Part shown: piece after piece, positions 13,076 through 24,775 of the stretch
Position numbering within the stretch: the first letter of the stretch is position 1
How the letters are laid out: each line of letters starts with the position of its first letter
NCBI RefSeq assembly: GCF_036321535.1
Contig: NC_087437.1
Coordinates: 79,300,001 to 79,364,000, forward strand
DNA: 64,000 nt
From: Camelus dromedarius
Taxonomy: Eukaryota
Direction: 5' to 3'
The notes under the pieces: model-generated
The model's database searches: none
What the model was told of the DNA's origin: nothing
What the model saw: the letters and a program-made list of their open reading frames with translations, nothing else
Program-made: the position numbers and the translations under genes

Positions 13076-15339
13076 ACCATGAGAGAGCTTTTCCAAACTG
13101 CATGCCACACTGTGCTATGTTAAACTGCATGAAGAACTCATTTGACACACATCATTAATAATACAAGAAATTATAAAACTAAAAGTAGGCCAATGGCTTC
13201 CTTGTGACCCTCACCTTCTAGCCCCCTCCCTGAATTCCAGACTGATATTCTGATGGTGTGTAAAGGAAGCTTTAGAGGTGACTTAAAGCCACAGAAGAAG
13301 CACCTAGAAAGAGAACAACTCTTCTTTAAGTTTTAGAGTAGAGTAGCCCCAGTATTTCCACCTGGGACTTTTAAGGCAGAGAAGATTCTGAAGAGGTGAC
13401 ATCTCTTTTGAATCGAATGTTTCAGTCTTGCCTAGAAACCCACTCATCCAAGAGTGCCCACTCACACAGGGGCTGAAACTTTCCATTACAACCCTCAGCA
13501 TGCTGTTAGGCCGGCCGCCAGCAGTAGAGCCCCATTCATGTCTCACTGATTTTCTCCTCCGCCTTTGGATGAAATGAGGAAAGGGGTTCAAAGCAGGGTT
13601 TAAGTTGAAAGGAGACAAAATATGAGTTCCAACTGAGGAGTACACAATTCCCTGATCTCCTTCATATTTTGCTAGGTTTTTAAAATGGTTTTTTTCTCAA
13701 CTTTAGTTCTAATGGAATGTGCACACTCCTGCTGCCATGGCATGATGTTAAAAAAACAAAAACAAAACCAAAAAAAACCTCTTATAGCCTAAAGATTATG
13801 TCCTCAAATTATTAACATTATTCCAGAAGAATGTTACCCTCCAAACAGAATAACTTATTCCTCCAATTATTTAGTTAGTCACATACCAAATATTTACTGC
13901 CCACTATTTTGTGCTAGAAAATTCTAGCCAACAGAAATAAATAAATAAATAAATATATATATACACACATATGAAAAAGACTTTCTCTCCGTTAAAATTT
14001 TTTCTCCCAGCAAGAGAAGTCTCTAAGCTACTGAGCCTGGCTAGAAAAATGGGAGGCTGAACTGGCTAATAGTAAAGGGTAGAGTGATCTGTGGCTTGGG
14101 AGCTTAAGGAGAAAAAGGACACCTACACAGGGAAAAAACAGGTTTTAGAGAAGAATGTTACAACCTGGGAGAACAGATTTGCAAAGGTGAATAAGAAGGA
14201 ATTCCAACAGAATGCTATTCACCCGGAAGATACGTTTTGTGGGAAGTTTGTTTCTGATTTCACTGATATAACTTTTGATTATCTCAAAATTGACAGGTTC
14301 TTTAAAACAAAATCGGTCCCACGTCCAGCTCTAAGTCTGTCTCATTCTTATGCCATCCTCCCAAAACACCCTTCCTCTTATAAGGAAAGAAACAAGATAT
14401 CAGGCAAATCATGACTGGCAGTGGGAATCCATCTGTTCATCCTCTGGCCGTGCCAATATGGGCATTATTTTCTTCAACTGCTCCTCTGGAATCTGAGCAG
14501 TGTCACTGGTATATACTTATGTGAGTAATTCAGCACAGTGAGCTATCTCAGGATTGCTCATTGAGTTCACAGTATTGTATACTGATTATACAAAAAAATC
14601 ACTGATTGGCATAAGCATCTTGTCACTCATCTCTTATTCAGCAATAGACAAGTTTAGGGTGACCTGACCAGTTAGCACAATATTCCACAAAGCAACATCA
14701 ACAAGCTGTGAATATTCTCCAAAAGAGATCTTGAAGAGGAAAGGTGGGTAGACAAAGAGAAATATGCAAGGGCAGTGAGTCAATCATTTGCAGACCAATT
14801 AAAAAAACAAACAAGTAGAAAACTTGATTGTATTTTTGACACATCAAAGAAGGGAGTTAAAGCCATTACTTGGTATGCTCTTCAGAAGGGAGAGAGCCTG
14901 ATTTATAGGCCTTCAGGGTTCCACAAACTCAAATTCAGTTTATGCTCAAAGGTTCTAAAATTTAGACACAGGTGACCTTTCATAGAGCAGCCTGATGTGA
15001 GAAATAATGATCTGTATGCTTTTTGTCCACTACCGCTACACAGATTCTCCAACTTCTTTGCCTTCACTCTTCCATTTTCACTCCTCCCAAATTCCTGATC
15101 TACCACCTAAGCTCTTTCAACTGCCCACAAGCTCCATTGTGTTGCTAACTCAGGACCCTTCTCCTTTCACACCAGGTTATGACTCCATATATTCCTCAAA
15201 GCCAACACTGTCTTTCAGGACCATTTCCACACCAACAGTCCATTGTCAGCCTTCGCCAATATATCAAGCCATCTAAGCCATTAACCAGGCTCAGAATTTT
15301 ATTCCAACTCCATTACTTGGTTGTAGATAACACTCCATA

Positions 15340-15775
15340 GGGCTATAGGTATATGTCGAGAGAAAGGCTCAAACAGTGGGAAGTGACTTAGGGTTCCATG
15401 ACCACTTCTCTTATAACTTACTTACGTCCTCTGGGCCAGCTCAGGGCCAGTTCTGAATAAGCCACTCTACCATACCATGGTTTACCTATATGCTCACCTG
15501 GCTTTATGATTTAGTAGACCATTTCTAACTGTTTAATCATTTGATGTCCCATGGCAGGTGCTCAGTATCTGCTTAGGCACTAGGCCCATAGTAGAAGCTG
15601 CTTTTCAGATGGTACATCTTTATCTGATGAGTATGTGATGGCATTATTCCAGAGCCATTAAGGGTCTGTGCTGCATCTCCCCTAATAGGGCTTTAGATAT
15701 TCAGAGAAGGTCCTTATATACCACAAATAACCTACAACACCGTGGGATCTGTTAGGTCATATGTCCCAAGATGGA
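15340..15775 (-). mobile_element. ERVL/MaLR internal pol (RT connection/RNase H region) fossil
   Basis: Minus-strand degenerate peptides LGTYDLTDPTVL*V, LLGEMQHRPL, PSEKQLL and AGPEDVSKL resemble ERVL pol LGPYDPADPMVLEV, IGESQRRPL, PFERQLL and AGPEGTSKL in the same order. Confidence 0.75.
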
Positions 15776-15809
15776 ACATGGAAGTCCTCTCTGAGACTCA
15801 AATTTAGTA

Positions 15810-16262
15810 TTTCTAAAAGGAAATCTTGATAATTGTGGCTACATTAAACAAAACAAGACAAAAAAAACTTCTACATGCCAAAAAAAATAACACAAGCAAA
15901 GTGCAAAGAAAAAAGATAAACTATGGAAAAATATTATCAGTTTATATCTCAGACAAAAGATTTGCTTCCCTAATTATACACATTGCTTCTAGAAACTGGG
16001 AAAATATGATCAAGAACTCTACAGAAAAAGAGGGCCAAGAAACAACAGCTAACTCACAGAAATAGAAATAAGAATAACCTTCAAACATAGGAAGATTCAA
16101 GTTTCACTAATAATTACAGAAAGGCAAATTAAAATTACAGTGTGAAACCTATTAGAATGGCAAAAATTCAGAGATACCAGAACTTTCATACATTGCAGTT
16201 TGGAATCCAAAGTGGTACAAACCCTAAGGAGGGAATCTGGCAATATCTAGCAAAGTTACATC
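15810..16262 (+). mobile_element. Old L1 ORF2 3' fragment (L1ME-like)
   Basis: Degenerate C-terminal ORF2 sequence (cctattagaatggcaaaaatt, ctggcaatatctagcaaagtt). Confidence 0.6.
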
Positions 16263-16359
16263 TCCCACAGTTCCCGCTTCAAATACCATCACGTTGGAGG
16301 ACCAGGTTTTATCATATGAATTTTGGAGGGACATAAATATTCGGTCTAAGCAAGAGTAA

Positions 16360-17150
16360 CTAGGGAAATGTAAATCAAACCCCCAGTGAGATAACTTCTT
16401 TACACTCGCTAGGATGGCAATAGCCAACAAAGGCAAATGCTGGTGAGGATGTGGAGAATTTTCAACGTTTATACGTTACAACTGGAAGTACAAAATGGTG
16501 CAGCAGTTTTGGAAAACAGTCTGGCAATTCTTTGAAAAGTTTGAAACATGAAGTTACCCTGTGATCCAACGATTCTGCTTCTAGATATTCTACACAAGAA
16601 TTCTACTTTCGGTGGTGCTACTCCTAGTAATTCTCCTCAAGAGAAACAGAGACATACATACACACAAAAACGTGGTCATGAATGTTCATGGCATTACTCA
16701 CCATAGCCAAATAGTGGAAACAACCCAATGTCTATCAGTTCATGAATGAATAAATAAAATGCGGTATATCACATAATGGAATATGTTCAGCAGTAAACAC
16801 AGGAAGTACTGAAACGTGCTACAACATATGCTGAAAACATTATGCTACAGGAAAGACTCTAGTCACAAAGAACCACATGTTGTATGATTACACTTATATA
16901 AATTATCCAGAATAGGCAAATCCACAGAGATAGAAAGTAGATTGGTGAGTGCCAGAAGCTAGAAAGTTTGGGGGTAAATGAGGAGTTACCAGTAATAAGT
17001 GTGGGATTTCTTTGGGGTTCTAAAATTGATTATGGTGATCGCTGCACAGTTTTGTGACTACATCCCAAACCACTTAATTGTATATGTTAAATGGTAGAAT
17101 ATACAATATGTGAGTTATATCTCAGGAAAAATGCCTTCAGAAAAAGTGTT
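16360..17150 (+). mobile_element. L1MB-like 3' end
   Basis: gggaaatgtaaatcaaa...tggtgaggatgtggagaa...ggaaacaacccaatgtctatca...atatgtgagttatatctca. Confidence 0.8.
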
Positions 17151-19139
17151 TTTAAAAAAAGTGTGAGAGAGTTACTACAGACCTATAGCAGAAATATGAG
17201 TGTTTGCTTGCTGTAATTGTTGTTGCTTTTCTTCTTTTTAATAAGATATATATAGTGAGATATAAGATACATATTAATGCATTATAGCCAGTGTACCAGC
17301 TAATGAAAGTCCTGTGTACCTATCTAGATAATTCATTTGAGAGGTTTTTCTCCTTTCAGCAGAGAGCCTGAATTTAGTAGAATGACTAACAAAATGAATA
17401 GCAATTCTGTCCTCTGTGTCTCTGAAATAAACCCCTCCTGATTCCCATCTCACTATACCAAAGCCCTATTAAGTGGCTAGGTAGCCAATCTAAAAATTTA
17501 ACTTGTGCTTTAATGATAATGACCAATTTGCCCAACCTGAATATTCCACTGATGATAAAACTTTCAGATATTATAAAAGTCAAGCAAAAAATATATTTGG
17601 GGGAGAAAATAATTTTGTTTAATGAAATATAATCTATAATACTTAAGTGAATAGTCACAGATAAATCCTTTTCATATATTGCATCATAAATATTGAGTAG
17701 AGGATTTTATGTAAGTTTGGGCTAAGCTTTAGTTATTTCCTCCCTTTTCCAGAGCTGGAAAAAATGAAGCATAGTAGCACATTCTTGCCAACTTCAGCTA
17801 TCACATTAATAACCTATATGGTAATAGACTATTTAAAAAGATCTGGCATGGAATGTATATACAACTAAAAAACCAAAAATGAAGCAATTTGAAAGAAGTC
17901 TTTATGTGTTTTTTAGTTCCTAAAGCAAATCTTGAAATGCAGCATGCTATCTTCAGAAATAATTATTTCCATCTGATTAAAACATCACAGATGTCCATTT
18001 TGCATTTTTCTTAGTTCTACCAATTAGTGTAGGGTGAAATAGAATATGATATCAACTTCCTATCATTTATGAATCAAGATAGTGACTGTCTACAAACCAG
18101 AACCAAAGAAATGCTTCTAAAAAGCTTTTGAGACCATAAAAGCTCTTTGTATTGACACCTAAATTCTAAGGATACCTGTTAGTAAAATTTTTTTTCATCC
18201 TCCTCTCTAGCCTATTTTATCTTGCCTGAGTGAAACATAGTGTTTAGCAATTAGTCAGGTGATTTAGGGAAAAAAATAACAGCTCTGTTTGACTGTGGCT
18301 TTGACTCTGAAGGTCACAGATTGAAAGGCACTGAAGGGTAATTACTTCTTGCACTCTGATGGAGACAATGAGGGCAACAAAATGTTAAGCTTTTTATGTT
18401 TTTAAGAGGCTGAAATTAGACTAGATGTTAAGGGGTGTGTGTGACAGTGACAGTTTTGAAAGTTGACATTAAACTTTGAACATCTCCCAATTTTTAGATT
18501 ACTTAATGCTACTTAGTTATTTCTAGCATTGACCATTCTTCTAATTCAGTTCTTTTTTAACATCATGGTTAGAAGCGGACAGCTGGCTGATCGTTCCAGA
18601 GAACCTCCTACTCTAATTAAACATGAGATTATTCTCTTCAGTGGTGCATGTTGCTATGCTTAATATCAGCAAATGACATTCATGATGACATTTATACTTG
18701 GTAACAAATAGGATCCTAGGAAGCCTCTAAAGTATCCGATATAATAAACAAGATTCCTTCCACATCACAATAAAATAATTGGAAAAACAAAAACAAAAAC
18801 AAAACCAATATTTCCAGATGTTTTGCCAAAATAAATGAATTCCCAGATTGTTTCCACACAGGTATAAAATAAAATTTGAATATTTATATACCCAGATAAG
18901 GAAAATTTTAAAGTATATTTCTTCTCTTTTTATTCTACTATTTTATATTATTTTATTTTTAATTTAGTCATGTATGAGTGTTACACAAAAAGCCAAAAGT
19001 TTTGATTTTGCCTTTTATTTTCCTATTGAGTAAGCCCGTATCTTCCTGTATGCCAGCTAATTTATCACTAAATGAAAATTAAGATAAGACATATTGATAG
19101 TTTAGTAATGGGAATTTCCCCTTTTTAAGATTTATAGTC

Positions 19140-19462
19140 AATTATATGCTCACCAGTAACATTCATGTTTCAAATCTAATAGTTATCTCTCAGCATTTAT
19201 CTTATCTGACCTAGTAGCAACATTTGGTGTTGGTAAGCATTTCACCGTAAAACACTTTCCTCTTTTGTCTTTCACAAAAGTCCTGCACTTCCCCCTACAT
19301 CTCTGACCATTTGTCTTAGTTTGTTTCGTTGATTTCCCCAAACCAATAATAGTTGGATTGTTCCAGGCCTCAGTCCTTGGCTCTTCTCTCTATTCTAATT
19401 CATCTAGTCTCATGTCTTTAAACACCATCTTTATGTCAATAATCCCCAACTTTATATCACTT
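19140..19462 (+). mobile_element. L2 RT region, left half (interrupted by the L1)
   Basis: Degenerate translations AFILSDLVATFGVGKH (~LLDLSAAFDTVDH), GLFQASVLG (~GVPQGSVLG) and HLYVNNPQLY (~HLYADDSQIY). Confidence 0.8.
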
Positions 19463-19673
19463 TTTTAAAACATTTTTTATTGATTTGTAATAATTTTACA
19501 ATGTTGTGTCAAATTCCAGCGTAGAGCACAATTTTTCAGTTATGCATGAACATATATATATTCATTGTCACATTTTTTCTCTCTGTGAGCTACCATAAGA
19601 TCTTGTGTATATTTCCCTGTGCTATACAGTATAATCTTGTTTATCTATTCTACAATTTTGAAATCCCATCTAT

Positions 19674-19694
19674 CCCTTCCCACCCGCCACCCCC
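19674..19694 (-). other. G-quadruplex-forming polypurine tract in the L1 3'UTR
   Basis: Minus strand GGGGG-TGGC-GGG-T-GGG-AA-GGG: four G3+ runs with short loops. Confidence 0.7.
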
Positions 19695-19803
19695 TTGGCA
19701 ACCACAAGTTTTTATTCTATGTCTATGAGTCTGTTTCTGTTTTGTATTTATGCTTTGTTTTTTAGATTCCACATATGAGCGATCTCATATGGTATTTTTC
19801 TTT

Positions 19804-22800
19804 CTATTTCTGGCTTACTTCACTTAGAATGACATTCTCCAGGAACATCCATGTTGCTGCAAATGGTGTTATGTTGTCAGTTTTTATGGCTGAGTAGTAT
19901 TCCATTGTATAAATATACCACCTCTTCTTTATCCAGTAACCTGTTGATGGCCATTTAGGCTGTTTCCATGTTTTGGCTATTGTAAATAGGGCTACAATGA
20001 ACATTGGGGTGCAGGTGTCATCCTGAAGTAGGGTTCCTTCTGGATATATGCCCAGGAGTGGGATTCCTGGGTCATATGATAAGTCTATTCCTAGTCTTTT
20101 GAGGAATCTCCACACTGTTTTCCATAGTGGCTGCACCAAACTGCATTCCCACCAGCAGTGTAGGAGGGTTCCCTTTTCTCCACAGCCTCTCCAGCATTTG
20201 TCATTTGTGGATTTTTGAATGATGGCCATTCTGACTGGTGTGAGGTGATACCTCATTGTAGTTTTCATTTGCATTTCTCTGATAAGTAGTGATACTGAGC
20301 ATTTTTTCATGTGCCTTTTGATCATTTGTATGTCTTCCTTGGAGAATTGCTTGTTTAGGTCTTCTGCCCATTTTTGGATTGGGTTGTTTATTTTTTTCTT
20401 ATTGAGTCATGTGAGCTGCTTATATATTCTGGAGATCAAGCCTTTGTCGGTTTCATTTGCAAAAATTTTCTCCCATTCCATAGGTTGTCTTTTTGTTTTC
20501 CTTATGGTTTCCTTTACTGTGCAGAAGCTTGTAAGTTTCATTAGTTCCTGTTTGTTTAATTCTTGCTTTTATTTCTATTGCTTGAGTAGACTGTTCTAGG
20601 AGAACATTTTTGAGATGTATGTCACATAATGTTTTGCCTAAATTTTCTTCTAGGAGGTTTATTGTATCTTGTCTTATGTTTAAGTCTTTGATCCTTTTTG
20701 AGTTTATTTTTGTGTATGGTGTAAGGGAGTGTTCTAACTTCATCACTTTACATGCTGCTGTCCAGTTTTCCCAACACCATTTGCTGAAGAGACTGTCTTT
20801 ATTCCATTGTATATTCTTGACTCCTTTTTCGAAGATTAGTTGACCAAAGGTTTGTGGGTTCATTTCTGGGCTCTCTATTCTATTCCATTGGTCTATATGT
20901 CTGTTTTTGTACCAATACCATGCTGTTTTGATTACTGTAGCTCTACAGTATTGTCTGAAGTCTGGGAGAGTTATTCCTGCAGCCTCTTTCTTTTTCTTCA
21001 GTAATGCTTTGGCAATTCTAGGTCTTTGATGGTTCCACATAAATTGTATTATGATTTGTTCTAGTTCTGTGAAATATGTCCTAGGTAATTTGATAGGGAT
21101 TGCATTAAATCTGTAGATTGCCTTGGGCAGTGTGACCATTTTAACAGTATTGATTCTTCCAATCCAAGAGCATGGGATATCTTTCCATTTTTTAAAGTTT
21201 TCTTTAATTTCCTTCATCAATGATTTATAGTTTTCTGTGTATAATTCTTTCACCTCCTTGGTTAGATTTATTCCTAGGTATTTTATTACTTTCGGTGCTA
21301 TTTTAAAGGGGATTGTTTCTTTACTTTATTTTTCTGTTGGTTCGTCATTAGTATAAAGAAATGCAACTGATTTTTGAACGTTAATCTTGTAACCTGCTAC
21401 CTTGCTGAATTCTTTGATCAGCTCTAGTAGTTTTTGTGTGGACCTTTTAGGGTTTTCTATATATAGTAACATGTCATTGGCATATAGTGACACTTTTACC
21501 TCTTCTTTTCCAATTTGGATCCCTTTTATTTCTCTCTCTTGTCTGATTGTTGTGGCTAGGACTTTCAAGACTGTGTTGAATAGGAGTGGTGATAGTGGGC
21601 ATCCTTGTCTTGTTCCAGATTTTAGTGGGAAGCTTTTGAGTTTTTCACCATTGAGAACTATGCTGGCTGTAGGTTTATCATATATTTATCATATATAGCT
21701 TTTATTATGTTGAGATATGTTCCCTCTGTACCCACTTTGGTGAGAGTTTTTATCATAAATGGGTGTTCAATTTTATCAAATGCTTTTTCTGCATCTATTG
21801 AGATGATCACATGGTTTTTGTCCTTTCTCTTGTTGATGTGATGTATTACATTGATTGATTTGCATATGTTGAACCACCCTTGTGTCCCTGGGATGAACCC
21901 CACTTGGTCATGATGTATAATCTTTTTTATGTGTTATTGGATTCTACTTGCTAATATTTTGGTGAGGATTTTGGCATCTATGTTCATCAGTGATATTGGC
22001 CTATAATTCTCTTTTTTGGTAGTGTCTTTGCCTGGTTTTGGTATCAGGGTGATGGTGGCTTCATAGAATGAGTTTGGGAGTATTCCTTCCTTTTCAATAT
22101 TCTGGAAGAGTTTGAGAAGGACTGGTATGAGTTCTTCTTTATGTTTGGTAGAATTCCCCAGTGAAGCCGTCCGGTCCTGGACTTTTATTTGTAGGGAGGT
22201 TTTTTAATTGCTATTTTGATTTCATTTCTAGTGATCAGTTTGTTCAAATGGTCAGTTTCTTCTTGATTCAGTCTTGGTGGACTGTATGTTTCCAGAAACT
22301 TGTCCATCTCCTCTAGGTTATCCAGTTTGGTTCCATGTAGTTTTTCATAATATTCTAATATCATATGAGAATATTATGATATCTCATATTTCTATTTTAT
22401 TTGTTGTGATTTCTCCATTTTCCTTTCTTATTTTACTAATTTGTGCTCTCTCTTGTTTCTTCTTTGTGAGTTTGGCCAGAGGTTTGTCGATTTTATTTAC
22501 TTTTTTAAAAAACCAGCTTTTGGTTTGATTGATTTTTTTCTACGGTATTTTTAGTCTCTATTTTATTTATTTCCTCCCTGATCCTTATAATTTCCTTACT
22601 TCTGCTGCCTTTTGGGATTTTTTGTTCTTCTTTTTCTAGTTCTTTTAGTTGGTGGGTTAAATTGTTTATTTGAGATTGTTCTTCTTTTTTGAGGAAGGCC
22701 TGTATCGCTATAAACTACCCTCTTAGCACTGCCTTTGCTGTGTCCCATAAATTTTGGGTGGTTCTGCTTTCATTTTCGTTAGTCACAAGTTATTTTTTAA

Positions 22801-23610
22801 TTTCAGCTTTGATTTCCTCATTGACCCATTGGTTTTTTAATAGCATATTGTTTAATCTCCATGCTTTCCTTTCTCTTTTGTTTCTCTGTTGTTGATTTCT
22901 AGTTACATGGCATTGTGGTCAATAAAGATGCTTGAGATAATTTCTATATTAAAATTGTTGAGGTTTCTTTTGTGCCCAAGTACGTGATCAATCCTAGAAA
23001 ATGTTCCATGTGCATTTGAAAAGAATGTATATCCTATTTTGGGAGGGGGGTGTAATGCTCTGAAAATATCCACCAAATCTAATATTTCTATTTTATTATT
23101 TAATTTCTCTGTTGCCTTATTTATTTTCTGTCTGGAAGATCTGTCTAGTGATGTTAATGTGGTGTTAAAATCTCCAACTATGATAGTATTCCCATCAATA
23201 TCTCCCTTTATCTCTGTTAGTAACTGTTTTATGTACTTAGGTGCTCCTATATTGGATGCATATATATTAACGAGTATAATATCCTCATCATGTATCACTC
23301 CTTTAATCATTATAAAATGTCCTTCTTTATCTTTCTTTATGGCCTTTGTTTTAAAGTCTATTTTGTCTGAAATCAGTACTGCAACACCTGCTTTTTTGGC
23401 TTTTCCGGCTTTTCCATTTGCATGGAATATCCTTTTCCATCCTTTCACTCTCAATCTATATGTGTCCTTCTCTCTAAAGTGGGTCTCTTGTATGCAGCAT
23501 ACTGAAGGTTCTTGCTTTATTATCCAGTCTGCCACTCTATGTCTTTTGACTGGAGCATTTAGTCCATTAACATTTACAGTAATTAATGATAGATGTGTGT
23601 TTATTGCCAT
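19804..23610 (-). pseudogene. L1 ORF2p (APE endonuclease, reverse transcriptase, CCHC), broken by frameshifts and stops
   Basis: EN in 22903..23610 (NVNGLN, QETH, GDFN, SRIDH). RT pieces in 21658..21903 ([16 protein letters not shown]) and 21326..21568 (LYANDM). C-terminal pieces in 20453..21253 and 19804..20325 ([18 protein letters not shown]). The ~3.8 kb span equals a complete ORF2. Confidence 0.96.
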
Positions 23611-23872
23611 TTTGAACTTATATTTGCAGTTGATTTGGTATTTCCTCTTTGTTCCTTTCTTCTTCCTTTTGTGGTTTGGTAATTTTCCTTTGTATTATCA
23701 TGGATTTTATTTAGGTTTTGTGACTCCCTTGTAAGTTTTTGGCTTGTGGTTACCCTTTTCTGTAAGTCTATTAGCCCATTACTGTATCTCGAACCCATCC
23801 TACTGAGAACAAAAGTTATCACCTTTCCAGTTATGAGTTTCTCATTTCTGTAGCATCCTGCTGCTTTTGTAT

Positions 23873-24775
23873 TTAGAGTAGACCTTTCAATATTTCTTTT
23901 AGCATGGGTTTAGTGTTGCTAAACTCTTGTAGTTTTTGCTTGTCCATGAAATTCTTTATCTGTCCTTCTATCCTAAAGGATAGCCTTGCTGAATAAAGTA
24001 TCTTAGGCTGCATCTTTTTTTCATTCAGGACTTTGAATATATCTTGCCACTCCCTTCTGGCCTGTAGTGTTTGTGTAGAGAAATCAGCTGAGAGCCCTAT
24101 GGGGGTTCCCTTGTAACTCACTCTTTGCTTTTCTCTTGCTGCCTTGAGGATCGTTTCTTTCTCCTTGCTTCTGGCCATCTTGATTATGATATGTCTTGGT
24201 GTGGGTCTTTTTGGGTTCTTCCTGTTTGGGACCCTTTGAACTTTCTGTATTTGGATATCTGATTCCTTCTTTAGGTTTGGGAAATTTTCAGTCATTATTT
24301 CTTCAAGAACCTTTTCAATCCCCTTTGATCTTTCTTCCCCTTCTGGGACCCCAGTTATGCGAAGATTGGCATGCTTTATATTATCCCATAGGTCCCTTAT
24401 GTTGCTTTCATTTGTTTTTATTTGTTTATCTTGCAGTTGTTCTGATTGGGTGCTTTCTGTTGTCCTATCTTCTAGGTCACTAATTTGTTTCTCTACATTA
24501 TCTAGTCTGCTTTGCACAGCCTTTAGATCTGTTCTCATCTCAGCCAATGAGTTTACCAATTCTACTTGGCTCTTCTTTATAGCTTCAGTTTCATTTTTGA
24601 CATATTTTATATCTCTAAACACTATCTCTTTTAGTTCCTTCAGTACTTTGATCATTCCTTTTTTTGAAATCTTGATCTAGTAGGCCATCAATGTCTATTT
24701 CCTTGACATGCTTTCAGGGGATTTCTCTTGTTCTTTTAATTGGGAATGGTTTCTCTGATTCTTCATCTTGCTCAT
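23873..24775 (-). pseudogene. L1 ORF1p (coiled-coil/RRM/CTD RNA-binding protein), N-terminally frameshifted
   Basis: The ORF 23873..24655 has L1 ORF1 motifs (NLRITGVPEGEE, RPTPRHIIIKM, AREKQRVSYKG, LQARREW, Y-ARLSF). An upstream ATG at 24775 (MSKMKNQRNHSQLKEQEKSPE) is in the same frame but is cut off by TAG stops at about 24697 and 24679. Confidence 0.93.

Noticed and set aside
14091..14414. 107-aa ORF
   Set aside because: GTG start, no recognisable domain and no splice support.
23039..23734. 231-aa plus-strand ORF
   Set aside because: It is the antisense shadow of the L1 endonuclease region, with a non-ATG start and a composition explained by L1 codon bias.
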